Made by a program: the position numbers and the translations under genes. The notes beneath the pieces are model-generated. The model did no database searches, was not told the origin of the DNA, and saw nothing but the letters and a program-made list of their open reading frames with translations. From positions 1 to 26,955 of the forward strand of contig CAZTHR010000002.1 of the NCBI GenBank assembly GCA_964613265.1: a stretch of 26,955 bases of DNA. The letters are read 5' to 3'. The stretch is from an uncultured Lentisphaeraceae bacterium. GTDB lineage: Bacteria > Verrucomicrobiota > Kiritimatiellia > RFP12 > UBA1067. Below are positions 1 to 7,761 of this stretch, piece by piece (the stretch's first letter is position 1; the number at the start of each line of letters is the position of its first letter).

Positions 1-37
1 TCAACTGCGGATTTTTCCTGCGGAATCGATTTCGCGC

Positions 38-64
38 TTGCAAATAAAAAAAAATGGGTATAAT
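38..64 (+). promoter_or_regulatory. sigma70-like promoter, TTGCAA-N15-TATAAT, with an A9 tract in the spacer
   Basis: TTGCAA at 38-43, perfect TATAAT at 59-64, A run at 46-54. It lies upstream of the SD-like GAAAGGTGG (95-103) and ATG 111. Confidence 0.7.
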
Positions 65-110
65 CGCTTCATCAACTGTTGAAAGCGTTTTTATGAAAGG
101 TGGTAGATCG

Positions 111-3100
111 ATGTTCATGCGGAAAACGATGAGTCTGTTCGGCGGGCTGGCGTTCGCCCTTGCGGCGGCGGGCGCGACGCGGACGTACACGTCCGCGCAG
201 ACGGTGTCCGACGAGCTGACGGGCAACGACGACGTGGTGGTGGATTGCGGCGCGGGCCAGTTCGTCACGTTCACGGGCGCGAACACGTTCACAGGTGGCG
301 TGACGGTCAAGTCCGGCGGTGTGATTGTCTCGAACGCCACCGCTCTCGGTACGGGGCAGATCAAATGCGCCAGTGGTACGGCCGTCCGCGTGTGCGTGAG
401 TTATCGCGGCACGGCGCAGACGCTCAACGAGGCCGTCATCGACCGCATTGAAGTCGGCAAGGCGGCGGACGGCGCGGACGAACCGTACGTCGCGTTCCAG
501 CTGACGGGTGACGGATTGGCGAACGACGTGGATTTCAGCCAGCAGCCATATCTGTGGTTGAGTGCGCCGGTCGCCAACGCGATTGCCTATCTGAACGGAC
601 ACTTCGAACCGTATGACAATGTCTACAAGTTCGGCTATTCGGGCGAGGCCGCCTGGTATGTGCGCGGCATCGTTGTGACGAACCTGACGGACGCGGCGGA
701 CGGCACGTCCCGTCGCGTGCTGCTGCGCGGCACGGGCACGACTTCGTTTGATTCCGGCGCGTCGTTCACGGGTGGCGTCCTCGTCGAGGGGCCGGCTCGC
801 ATCGCGCTCTGGAACGGCAGCGCCCTCGGCACGGGCGTGACGAACCGTCCGAACGACTTTCTCACGTTGCGGAACGGCGCCGGGTTGAACGTCAAAAACA
901 ACAGCCTCTCCTTGCCCGACACGCTGGGGCTTCGCTTCGAGGGAACGAACGACCTCCATTCGTGCGGTGCGACCAGAACCGTCTATACGACGGTGAAAGG
1001 CCCTGTGTCCGGCTGGGGCGAAATTCGTTTCACCGACCAGGGCGGCGTCTGGTTCACGAGTGCTAGTAACTCGTTCTCAGGCGCGTTGCGCGTAACCAAC
1101 GGACACCCCACATACGACGTCGAGATTCGTATCGGCGACGGCGCGAACTGCAGTTGGGCGGGAAGCGAGATCATCCAGCACGCCGATCGCCACAATCAGG
1201 TGTTTTCGATTAACTGTGATTCGGACTTCACGCTGAACACCGCGCTTTCGGCGACGGGCGGGCGCGTCACCAAGTTTGGACGCGGCACGTTGACGTTCGC
1301 GCAGCCGTTTAACCGCCAGCCGTTCGCCGCCGCGCCCGATCGGTCGGTCTTGCGGATTGCCGGCGGCACGGTGAAACTCGACCATCCGTGGAACGTGGTG
1401 CGCGAAGGGGCGATCGAGCTGGAGAACGGCGGGACGCTCGATCTGAACGGCACGGCGTCGACGCGCCTCCCGCTGCCGTACGGGAACGGCGCCGTCGTCG
1501 GCTTCCCCGACGGGGGCGTGACGTTCACGGGCACGACGTGGACGGACGCATCGTTCAACGGGCGTCTGGCGGGGGACGTGACGGTGGACATCGCGAGCGG
1601 AGCGGGCTGGCGGCTCGGTCCCGACACGGACGTCGAGGGGACGCTGAGTGTCGCCGTCGGACGCGTGGAACTTGCGGAGGGCGTGCATATCGCGGGCGAC
1701 TACGTGTCGAGCGCCACTGCGCGGACGTCCTTCCTCGGACGCGACGACGCGCAAATGACCGGATTGGGGCTGTCGGTCTGGTACAATATTTCGTGGGCGG
1801 ATCAGATGGACACGATGATGCAGAACGCCATCGACCATACCGCGACCACGTCGCCCAACTTCATCGGCGACATGGCGAAGTTCACGGAGGGATTCAAGAG
1901 CGGCACGAACGACAGCGCGGGCGGCAACAAGGGACCGTTGGTCGATACCATCGGCGGCTCAAAGGACAATTTTTTGGCGAAGTTCTACGGATCGTTCATT
2001 GCCGAGACGAACGGGACGTATGCGTTCCGCCTCCGCGCCGACGACGCGGCCAAGCTGATCATGGACGGAACGAACGTGGTGGTGAGCGTTGCGGCTGGTT
2101 CGGCCTCCACGACGCAGTCGGGGACGGTCGAGCTGACGGCGGGCCACCACCCGCTGACGGTCTGGTTCTGCGAGAGGATCGGTTGGGAAATCATCTGGGT
2201 TGAGATGAAGGCGCCGGGCGAGACGGAATGGTCGATTGTGCCGTTGCGCGTGCTGTCCGCCTGGAACGGACGCCATACGGAACTGCAGCGTGTGACGGGC
2301 GCGGGGACGCTGGAACTCGGTTCTGCGACGGCCGCGTGGCCGTCGGCGATGGATCTTACGGATTTCTCGGGCAGCCTTTTGGCGAACGCGCATTCGGCCG
2401 CGCCGTCAGCCGGGCGGGTCGTGCCGGCGGCCACATCGATTTCCTTCCTCAATCCGAACGGCCTGTTCGGCTCGAACTGGACGATGAAGGGGCAGGCGAC
2501 GGCGGTGTTCGATGCATCCGGCGCGGTGGTGGACCTTCTGCCGAGCGCGCGCACGAACGCCTACGGGTCGTTGAACACAGCCGCGCCGCTCGACCTGTCC
2601 AAACCGTTCACGTTCGCGTTCGACTATTCCATTCACGAACCGTGGGGTGCGCTGGGCGACGGGTTCTGTCTCGTCCTCCACGACGGGACGAAGGGGTATG
2701 CGAACGGCACGTTCAACTACACAGAGACGGGAAACCGCGTCAACGAACCGAGCGCCTACGGGATGCAGTTCTACCTGATGCCGAGGGACTCGATTTTCTC
2801 CTGGGTCAAGGATTGCAAGGGGCTGGGTGCGCCCGTGACGAACACGGTCTTTACCATGGAAAACATCCTGCGGACGCCTCTGCACGTGGAATGCGCGTGG
2901 GACTTGGAGAACCTAGTCGTCCGTCTGGAGATGGGAACGTCCACCTGGGTCTCGACGAATGCGCTTGCGGCGGCCGACCTGGCGGAGAAATTTCCCTCTG
3001 GCGCCCATCTGGGCGTATGGGGGCAGTGCGGCGGCTACTACACGGGAATGCGGCTTGACAACATCCGTCTCGACGTGTCGGGCGCCGTGTCCGGCGACAT

Positions 3101-3539
3101 GCCCGTCTGCACGTTCAACGGCGTGTTGGGCGTGACGAACGGCGTGTCGGACGTCCGCGTGGACGCGGGCGTGGCGGCGGAACTGGCGGCGGAACTGGAC
3201 GTCGTGGGCGTGGGCGGTCTTGCCGTGGTAGACGGATCTTCGGTGGCGTTGACGTCGCCTGTCTGGACGTTCGATCTGGCGAACCCCGCGTCCTGCCTGT
3301 CGCTGGCCGGTGCGTTTACGTTCCCGAACGCGGCGGAACGGCCGATCGTCGTCGAACTGCGCGGCGAACCGACACCGCGGACACGGATTCTTGCCGACTT
3401 GACGGGCCTCGCCGCCGACGCGGCCGCTGTGCCGGCATTCCGGTTGGGCGAAGGTTATCCCAGCTCCTACCGTCTCGTTTACGAGAACGGTTTTTTGCGC
3501 ATTTCCAATGCCGTCGGAACACTTTTGATCTTCCGCTGA
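111..3539 (+). CDS. large secreted adhesin/lectin-like protein: signal peptide, autotransporter-associated passenger (PATR-like) repeats, PA14 domain, L-type (legume/ConA-like) lectin domain, C-terminal GTLLIFR; no autotransporter barrel
   Basis: Start moved from 54 to ATG 111 because ATG 54 lies inside the promoter and an SD sits at 95-103. Signal peptide MFMRKTMSLFGGLAFALAAAGA. PATR-like FTGANTFTGGVTVKSG and KFGRGTLTF. PA14-like DNFLAKFYGSFIAETNGTYAFRLRADDAAKLIMDG...VELTAGHHPLTVWFCE (about 1760-2250). Lectin-like WTMKGQA...GSLNTAAPLDLSKPFTFAFDY...GDGFCLVLHD (about 2450-3080). Confidence 0.85.
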   Translation: MFMRKTMSLFGGLAFALAAAGATRTYTSAQTVSDELTGNDDVVVDCGAGQFVTFTGANTFTGGVTVKSGGVIVSNATALGTGQIKCASGTAVRVCVSYRGTAQTLNEAVIDRIEVGKAADGADEPYVAFQLTGDGLANDVDFSQQPYLWLSAPVANAIAYLNGHFEPYDNVYKFGYSGEAAWYVRGIVVTNLTDAADGTSRRVLLRGTGTTSFDSGASFTGGVLVEGPARIALWNGSALGTGVTNRPNDFLTLRNGAGLNVKNNSLSLPDTLGLRFEGTNDLHSCGATRTVYTTVKGPVSGWGEIRFTDQGGVWFTSASNSFSGALRVTNGHPTYDVEIRIGDGANCSWAGSEIIQHADRHNQVFSINCDSDFTLNTALSATGGRVTKFGRGTLTFAQPFNRQPFAAAPDRSVLRIAGGTVKLDHPWNVVREGAIELENGGTLDLNGTASTRLPLPYGNGAVVGFPDGGVTFTGTTWTDASFNGRLAGDVTVDIASGAGWRLGPDTDVEGTLSVAVGRVELAEGVHIAGDYVSSATARTSFLGRDDAQMTGLGLSVWYNISWADQMDTMMQNAIDHTATTSPNFIGDMAKFTEGFKSGTNDSAGGNKGPLVDTIGGSKDNFLAKFYGSFIAETNGTYAFRLRADDAAKLIMDGTNVVVSVAAGSASTTQSGTVELTAGHHPLTVWFCERIGWEIIWVEMKAPGETEWSIVPLRVLSAWNGRHTELQRVTGAGTLELGSATAAWPSAMDLTDFSGSLLANAHSAAPSAGRVVPAATSISFLNPNGLFGSNWTMKGQATAVFDASGAVVDLLPSARTNAYGSLNTAAPLDLSKPFTFAFDYSIHEPWGALGDGFCLVLHDGTKGYANGTFNYTETGNRVNEPSAYGMQFYLMPRDSIFSWVKDCKGLGAPVTNTVFTMENILRTPLHVECAWDLENLVVRLEMGTSTWVSTNALAAADLAEKFPSGAHLGVWGQCGGYYTGMRLDNIRLDVSGAVSGDMPVCTFNGVLGVTNGVSDVRVDAGVAAELAAELDVVGVGGLAVVDGSSVALTSPVWTFDLANPASCLSLAGAFTFPNAAERPIVVELRGEPTPRTRILADLTGLAADAAAVPAFRLGEGYPSSYRLVYENGFLRISNAVGTLLIFR

Positions 3540-3615
3540 TGTGCAGTCGTCCCATGTGTCGATGCGCGTGGACGTTAAGTTCGGCGGGGAGCTGCTGTAT
3601 TCGTACTCCGTCCGA

Positions 3616-3709
3616 TGTCCATCCTTTTTCTCACAGTGTCCAGTATTTGGCAAACGGGGTGGGGCGGACACCCCGTCGATTTTTGAGAATGTCCGTTATT
3701 ATGGCAAAC
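3616..3709 (+). promoter_or_regulatory. candidate regulator binding sites (TGTCC and TGTCC-N6/7-TGGCAAAC repeats) upstream of the second secreted-protein promoter
   Basis: TGTCC at 3616, 3637 (21 bp apart) and 3690, inverted copy GGACA at 3666. TGGCAAAC at 3648-3655 and 3702-3709. Confidence 0.35.
3654..3684 (+). terminator. possible weak intrinsic terminator downstream of the first secreted-protein gene
   Basis: 8-bp stem ACGGGGTG (3654-3661)/CACCCCGT (3669-3676), 7-nt loop, T5 at 3680-3684 offset by 3 nt. Confidence 0.35.
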
Positions 3710-3727
3710 TCGGTCTTGGCGAAGGGC

Positions 3728-3758
3728 TTGACGTGGAGAAAAAAAAAAATGCTATATT
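3728..3758 (+). promoter_or_regulatory. sigma70-like promoter, TTGACG-N19-TATATT (TGn extended -10), with an A11 tract in the spacer
   Basis: TTGACG 3728-3733, A run 3739-3749, TGC-TATATT 3750-3758. SD-like GAAAGGTGG at 3780-3788, identical to the one before the first gene. Confidence 0.7.
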
Positions 3759-3792
3759 GCCACCAAAATGACCCAACTAGAAAGGTGGCAAT

Positions 3793-6700
3793 ATGGCGAA
3801 CAAGCGGATATGTAGGTGGTGGCCGGCCCGTGCGGCCTGGTGCGCAGCGTTGTGCGGCGCGGCGTTGTGCGTCGTCAGGGCGGACGGCATTCCCGACGCG
3901 CCGTATGTGGACACGTGGACGAACAATGCGTCGGGAGCCGTCTCTTGGGAGGGGCACGGTTCATACTGGGCGTCCGGCACGGTTCCCGAAATCACCAACT
4001 CGATTCCCTACTCGACCAATCTGACGGTCTTCATCGACCATCAGCCGGAAGCTCCTAGCAATCTGCAGATCATCCAGGGTCCGTGGTCGAAGGAGTCCGG
4101 CGGCAATAACATTGCTTGGGCGTTGAACGCGCTTGTCGGCGGGCCGATGACGGCGTTTGAATTCTATTACGCCAGCTACTGTCGACCGTTGTTGATTCGC
4201 GATCCCTCGCGCTATCAGGGCGTTTGGCAGATTCGCGACGCCCACCAGTCTGGCGCATCGTCCGTCATGCAGCTTCTGTCTGACGCGACGTGGACGTCCA
4301 CGGTCAACCGCGTCAATCTTTCCGGCCGCATGGGTTTCCGTGTGCCGTCCGGTACGACGGCCGCGTTGGAGCATCCTTTTGGCGAGGGGGTCTTCGAGGT
4401 CAATCGCACGTATGGTGACCGTCCTTTCGTCAGGACGCCGACGGACGGCACGTTGGCGATTCTCAACTCGCCCGGCGGCGAGTCGTATCTGCGCGTCCGC
4501 AACGGGTTCGTTTCGCTCCACGGTCGCCTTGGCGGCGATTCTCCCGCCCTCGTCCCTGGCGCGGCTCTGCGTCTCGACGCCTCCGCCGCCGAGACGTTCA
4601 CGACCGACGTGGCGGACGGTCGGACGTTCGTGACGGACTGGCGCGACGCCGACGGCCGTGCGATTTCCGCCAAGTCCGTGGATTCGCTGGGGCGTCCCTC
4701 CCTCGCGACGGATGCCGCGACGGGAAAGCCTGTCATCGATTTCGGCAAGTACGGCGACAATACGCAGTTTGACGACCCGGTTCTCGGCCGGACGGCCTCG
4801 CTGAAACTCGATGTCCGGCTTGATGGCGTTCGCGAGCTTTTCGTCGTCTTCCGCGACAAGGAGGGTGGTACGACCCATCCGCAGTTCGTCGGCTGCTCGC
4901 TGAGAGAGGCCGATCGCATGTTCCTGCGCACGGGCAACGGTGAACTCTTCAACAACGAACATGTCTGCCAGATGCCGCTCCGTGCAGGTGAGATCCGCGT
5001 GAACGACCGTGCCGAACCGGCCAATGCGCCGGACGACTACACGCGCCGTCTGACCGTCGTTTCCGCCGGATTGAACACGAACTTCACACATGCCGTCGCG
5101 CCCGTCCAGTGGATCGCCGGCGCGGAGGAAACCGCACGTAACGGTGGCATCCAAATTGCCGAGCTCGTCCTTTACACGAACACGCTCACGACAGCCCAAC
5201 GGCGGCAGAACAACGCGGCGCTGATGCGCAAATGGCTTCCAGCGGCGGAGGCGGTACCGTGGGACTACGGCGCCGTGTGGTTCGACCAGAAAGACCCCGT
5301 GCTGGACGTGGCGGCGGGAACGGTGGCCGTGCGCGAACTGATGCTCGCCGACGGCACGCGGAAAATCGTGAAGACGGGCGCTGGTACGCTCGTGCTTAAG
5401 CGCATGACGCCCAACCGGTCCGACGTGCGCATTGAAGTCCGGGCGGGCAACGTGTGTTTCGTGGACGACGTGGAGAAGGCCGCCGACCCGCGTCCGGCCG
5501 CCGATCCGTTCTGCTGGTTCGACGCGACGGCGAAAGCGTCGTTCGTGATGGATGCGGCGGGAACGGGCATCGCCCAGTGGCGCGACCGGCGCGACGGTAC
5601 GAACCACTACGGACAGGTGCTCGCGCTGGCGCGGCCGAACGTGGAGAGTCCGCTGACGAATTCGGCCAAGACGCATCTCGCCTATCCGACGTTCGACGCG
5701 ACGGTGGCGGACGGGCGGGGCATGGTCGATCTGGGCGCGTTTTTGTCGAACACCAAAAACGTTTCGGATACAGGTGACACGTCAAGCCTCCGCCTCTACA
5801 AGGACGGCGTGATACAGGGCGTCGGCAACACGGACATGCGCGAAGGATATCTTGTCTACTACAAGAAGGTCGACGACGCGCAGTTCATCGGTTCGGACAA
5901 CTACATGGTCTTCCAGCTGACGGGCGACACGGGCTCGAAAGGCCTCATCGTCAAGGAACTCTACTGCCATACGCGGACGATCGGCGGATACTGGCGGTAT
6001 GACGGAAAGGTCGTTGACCCGTGCGCCTGTCCGAACACCGCGCAGGAAGTCCACATTCTTTCGTTCCGTCTCGCCCACAAGCTCGGCATCAATGCGTTTG
6101 CATCGGATCGCGGCAGTGCGCAGTGGCAGCTGGGCGGACTCAAGCTCGGCGAGGTGCTCTACTACGACCGTCTGCTGACCGATCAGGAGCGGCGCGACAC
6201 GGAAGCCTATCTCTTCCGCAAGTGGAAGGGGACGCCGCCTCCGCAGGACGAACACGCACCCTGCGCCGCGTCGCTTTGGCTGGCGCCGCAGACGGACGAT
6301 CCGGCGCTGGACAGCGTGGCGTCCGAGACACGCTATGCGGGTGTCGAGGGCGTGCTGGACGGCGTCCTCTCCTACACGGGCGCGGGGACGACCGTCTTCA
6401 CGAACGCGGCCACGTCGCGCGTACGGGCGATTGAGATGCGTGGCGGCGGTTCGCTCGATGTGACGATGGACTTTGACATTTGCTCCAACGCCTGGTTCCA
6501 TCTAGACGCCACCCGCGCCGACACGGTGGACTATTTCGCCGCGAACTCGAATGCCGTCGACGTCTGGCGCGACGTCCGCGCCGCCGATGTCTCCGCGTCG
6601 GCGATCCTCAAGGGGCGCAGGGCGCGTCCGTTCCGCTGCGAGACGGACGTCAATGGAACAGACCGGCGGATGCCGGTGATCGACTTCGGAGACTGGTACA

Positions 6701-7611
6701 ACGGCAACGGACCGACGAACGCCGCCGCCTCCATGGAGTGGAGCGCGCGGACGGCGCTGCGGGAGTTCTACATTGTCCAGCGCGACAAGGGACTGCACCG
6801 GCCGGATGCGGAGGGCGGCGCGGAAATCAAGGGCTATCCGTGCCTGTTCGGACAGCTTAAGCAAAACACGAAGGACGACGGCGACTACTACAAGGCGGAT
6901 TCGGACCAGATTGCGTTCTACCGCAATACCAAGAGCCTTCTTACGGAATGGGCGACGCCGCGTGTGTATCACGGTTACATCGGCGTGAACGGCGAGACGA
7001 AGTACGGGGAGTTCGTGCCGGCTACGAACACGTTCTACGTCTACAGTTTCCAGCCGACGGGCGCCGTCCACCATGTACAGACGTTTGCGCGGCGCGACAG
7101 CTATCAGGTCGGCGGGCAGCAGATTGGCGAGATGGTCTGCTTTGCGCAGACGAACACGGTGGAACGGCGGACGGAGATCGAGAACTATCTGATGCGCAAG
7201 TGGTTCGGCCCGACGGCGGGCGCGGCCGCGACGTGGCGGATGGACGCCGTGACGTTCCACGACGCGGCGGAACTGACGGTGCGTGTGCCGGCGTGGCAGA
7301 AACTCGCCGTCGGGTCGTTCGCATTCGTCTTCGACGGCACGTCCGTCGGACATTTCACCGTGGACGGTACGTTCGTGCTGCCAGAGACGGGGACGTGGAC
7401 GGTCGATCTTGCCGCCGATCGCGAACGGGTGGCGTACGGCGTCTATCCGCTCCTGACGGCGACGAACGCGGAAGGGCTGAACAACCTTGACAACTGGACG
7501 AAGACGTTCACGCGGAGCGGCACAGCGAACGTCGCGGCCCGTCTGCGGAAGACGGCGACTGGCGTGTCGCTCGTCGTCTCGCCCGCCGGTACGCTGCTGA
7601 TTCTTCGATAG
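3793..7611 (+). CDS. large secreted protein with three LamG/ConA-like jelly-roll repeats separated by passenger-like beta segments, C-terminal GTLLILR; no autotransporter barrel
   Basis: Signal peptide MANKRICRWWPARAAWCAALCGAALCVVRA. Three copies of the pattern [LF]DA...WRD...P[VM][IV]D[FL]G...GG.[QK][IL][AG]E...[ML]RKW. PATR-like KIVKTGAGTLVL between repeats 1 and 2. Confidence 0.85.
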   Translation: MANKRICRWWPARAAWCAALCGAALCVVRADGIPDAPYVDTWTNNASGAVSWEGHGSYWASGTVPEITNSIPYSTNLTVFIDHQPEAPSNLQIIQGPWSKESGGNNIAWALNALVGGPMTAFEFYYASYCRPLLIRDPSRYQGVWQIRDAHQSGASSVMQLLSDATWTSTVNRVNLSGRMGFRVPSGTTAALEHPFGEGVFEVNRTYGDRPFVRTPTDGTLAILNSPGGESYLRVRNGFVSLHGRLGGDSPALVPGAALRLDASAAETFTTDVADGRTFVTDWRDADGRAISAKSVDSLGRPSLATDAATGKPVIDFGKYGDNTQFDDPVLGRTASLKLDVRLDGVRELFVVFRDKEGGTTHPQFVGCSLREADRMFLRTGNGELFNNEHVCQMPLRAGEIRVNDRAEPANAPDDYTRRLTVVSAGLNTNFTHAVAPVQWIAGAEETARNGGIQIAELVLYTNTLTTAQRRQNNAALMRKWLPAAEAVPWDYGAVWFDQKDPVLDVAAGTVAVRELMLADGTRKIVKTGAGTLVLKRMTPNRSDVRIEVRAGNVCFVDDVEKAADPRPAADPFCWFDATAKASFVMDAAGTGIAQWRDRRDGTNHYGQVLALARPNVESPLTNSAKTHLAYPTFDATVADGRGMVDLGAFLSNTKNVSDTGDTSSLRLYKDGVIQGVGNTDMREGYLVYYKKVDDAQFIGSDNYMVFQLTGDTGSKGLIVKELYCHTRTIGGYWRYDGKVVDPCACPNTAQEVHILSFRLAHKLGINAFASDRGSAQWQLGGLKLGEVLYYDRLLTDQERRDTEAYLFRKWKGTPPPQDEHAPCAASLWLAPQTDDPALDSVASETRYAGVEGVLDGVLSYTGAGTTVFTNAATSRVRAIEMRGGGSLDVTMDFDICSNAWFHLDATRADTVDYFAANSNAVDVWRDVRAADVSASAILKGRRARPFRCETDVNGTDRRMPVIDFGDWYNGNGPTNAAASMEWSARTALREFYIVQRDKGLHRPDAEGGAEIKGYPCLFGQLKQNTKDDGDYYKADSDQIAFYRNTKSLLTEWATPRVYHGYIGVNGETKYGEFVPATNTFYVYSFQPTGAVHHVQTFARRDSYQVGGQQIGEMVCFAQTNTVERRTEIENYLMRKWFGPTAGAAATWRMDAVTFHDAAELTVRVPAWQKLAVGSFAFVFDGTSVGHFTVDGTFVLPETGTWTVDLAADRERVAYGVYPLLTATNAEGLNNLDNWTKTFTRSGTANVAARLRKTATGVSLVVSPAGTLLILR
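4543..7203 (+). repeat. three diverged internal protein-domain repeats (about 4543-5235, 5488-6225, 6481-7203)
   Basis: The repeats end in AALMRKW, AYLFRKW and NYLMRKW and begin with LRLDAS, CWFDAT and FHLDAT. Similarity is visible at the protein level only. Confidence 0.75.
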
Positions 7612-7631
7612 GCCGTATGGGCAAGCCTCCG

Positions 7632-7673
7632 TGCGGAACTAAATGCGTTGAATTGGATGCATTTAGTTCCGCA
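7632..7673. repeat. perfect 15-bp inverted repeat with a 12-nt spacer
   Basis: TGCGGAACTAAATGC (7632-7646) / GCATTTAGTTCCGCA (7659-7673). No U-tract on either side. Confidence 0.9.
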
Positions 7674-7715
7674 AACGACAGGGAAAATTATTTTCGCATT
7701 CACGGAAATTACGGC

Positions 7716-7744
7716 TTGCCGACGGGGACGGGTTTTGATATACT
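7716..7744 (+). promoter_or_regulatory. tRNA promoter, TTGCCG-N17-TATACT with extended -10; AT-rich palindrome GAAAAT-T-ATTTTC (7683-7695) upstream, UP-element-like
   Basis: TTGCCG 7716-7721, TG 7736-7737, TATACT 7739-7744. Canonical 17-nt spacing, 17 nt before the tRNA 5' end. Confidence 0.75.
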
Positions 7745-7761
7745 ACTCCCCGTTTTCAGAT

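Noticed and set aside
54-110. N-terminal extension of the first ORF from ATG 54
   Set aside because: ATG 54 lies inside the -35/-10 spacer, upstream of the likely transcription start. The SD and signal peptide fit ATG 111.
3648-3730. GGCAAAC motifs suggesting a c-di-GMP-I riboswitch
   Set aside because: The GAAA tetraloop/receptor and the GCAAAG segment are absent, and the motifs lie upstream of the promoter rather than in the leader.
3541-3771. 76-aa ORF in the gap between the two secreted-protein genes
   Set aside because: No SD and no recognisable motif. It runs through a hairpin, repeats and the promoter (the A11 tract gives KKK), so it is most likely regulatory DNA.
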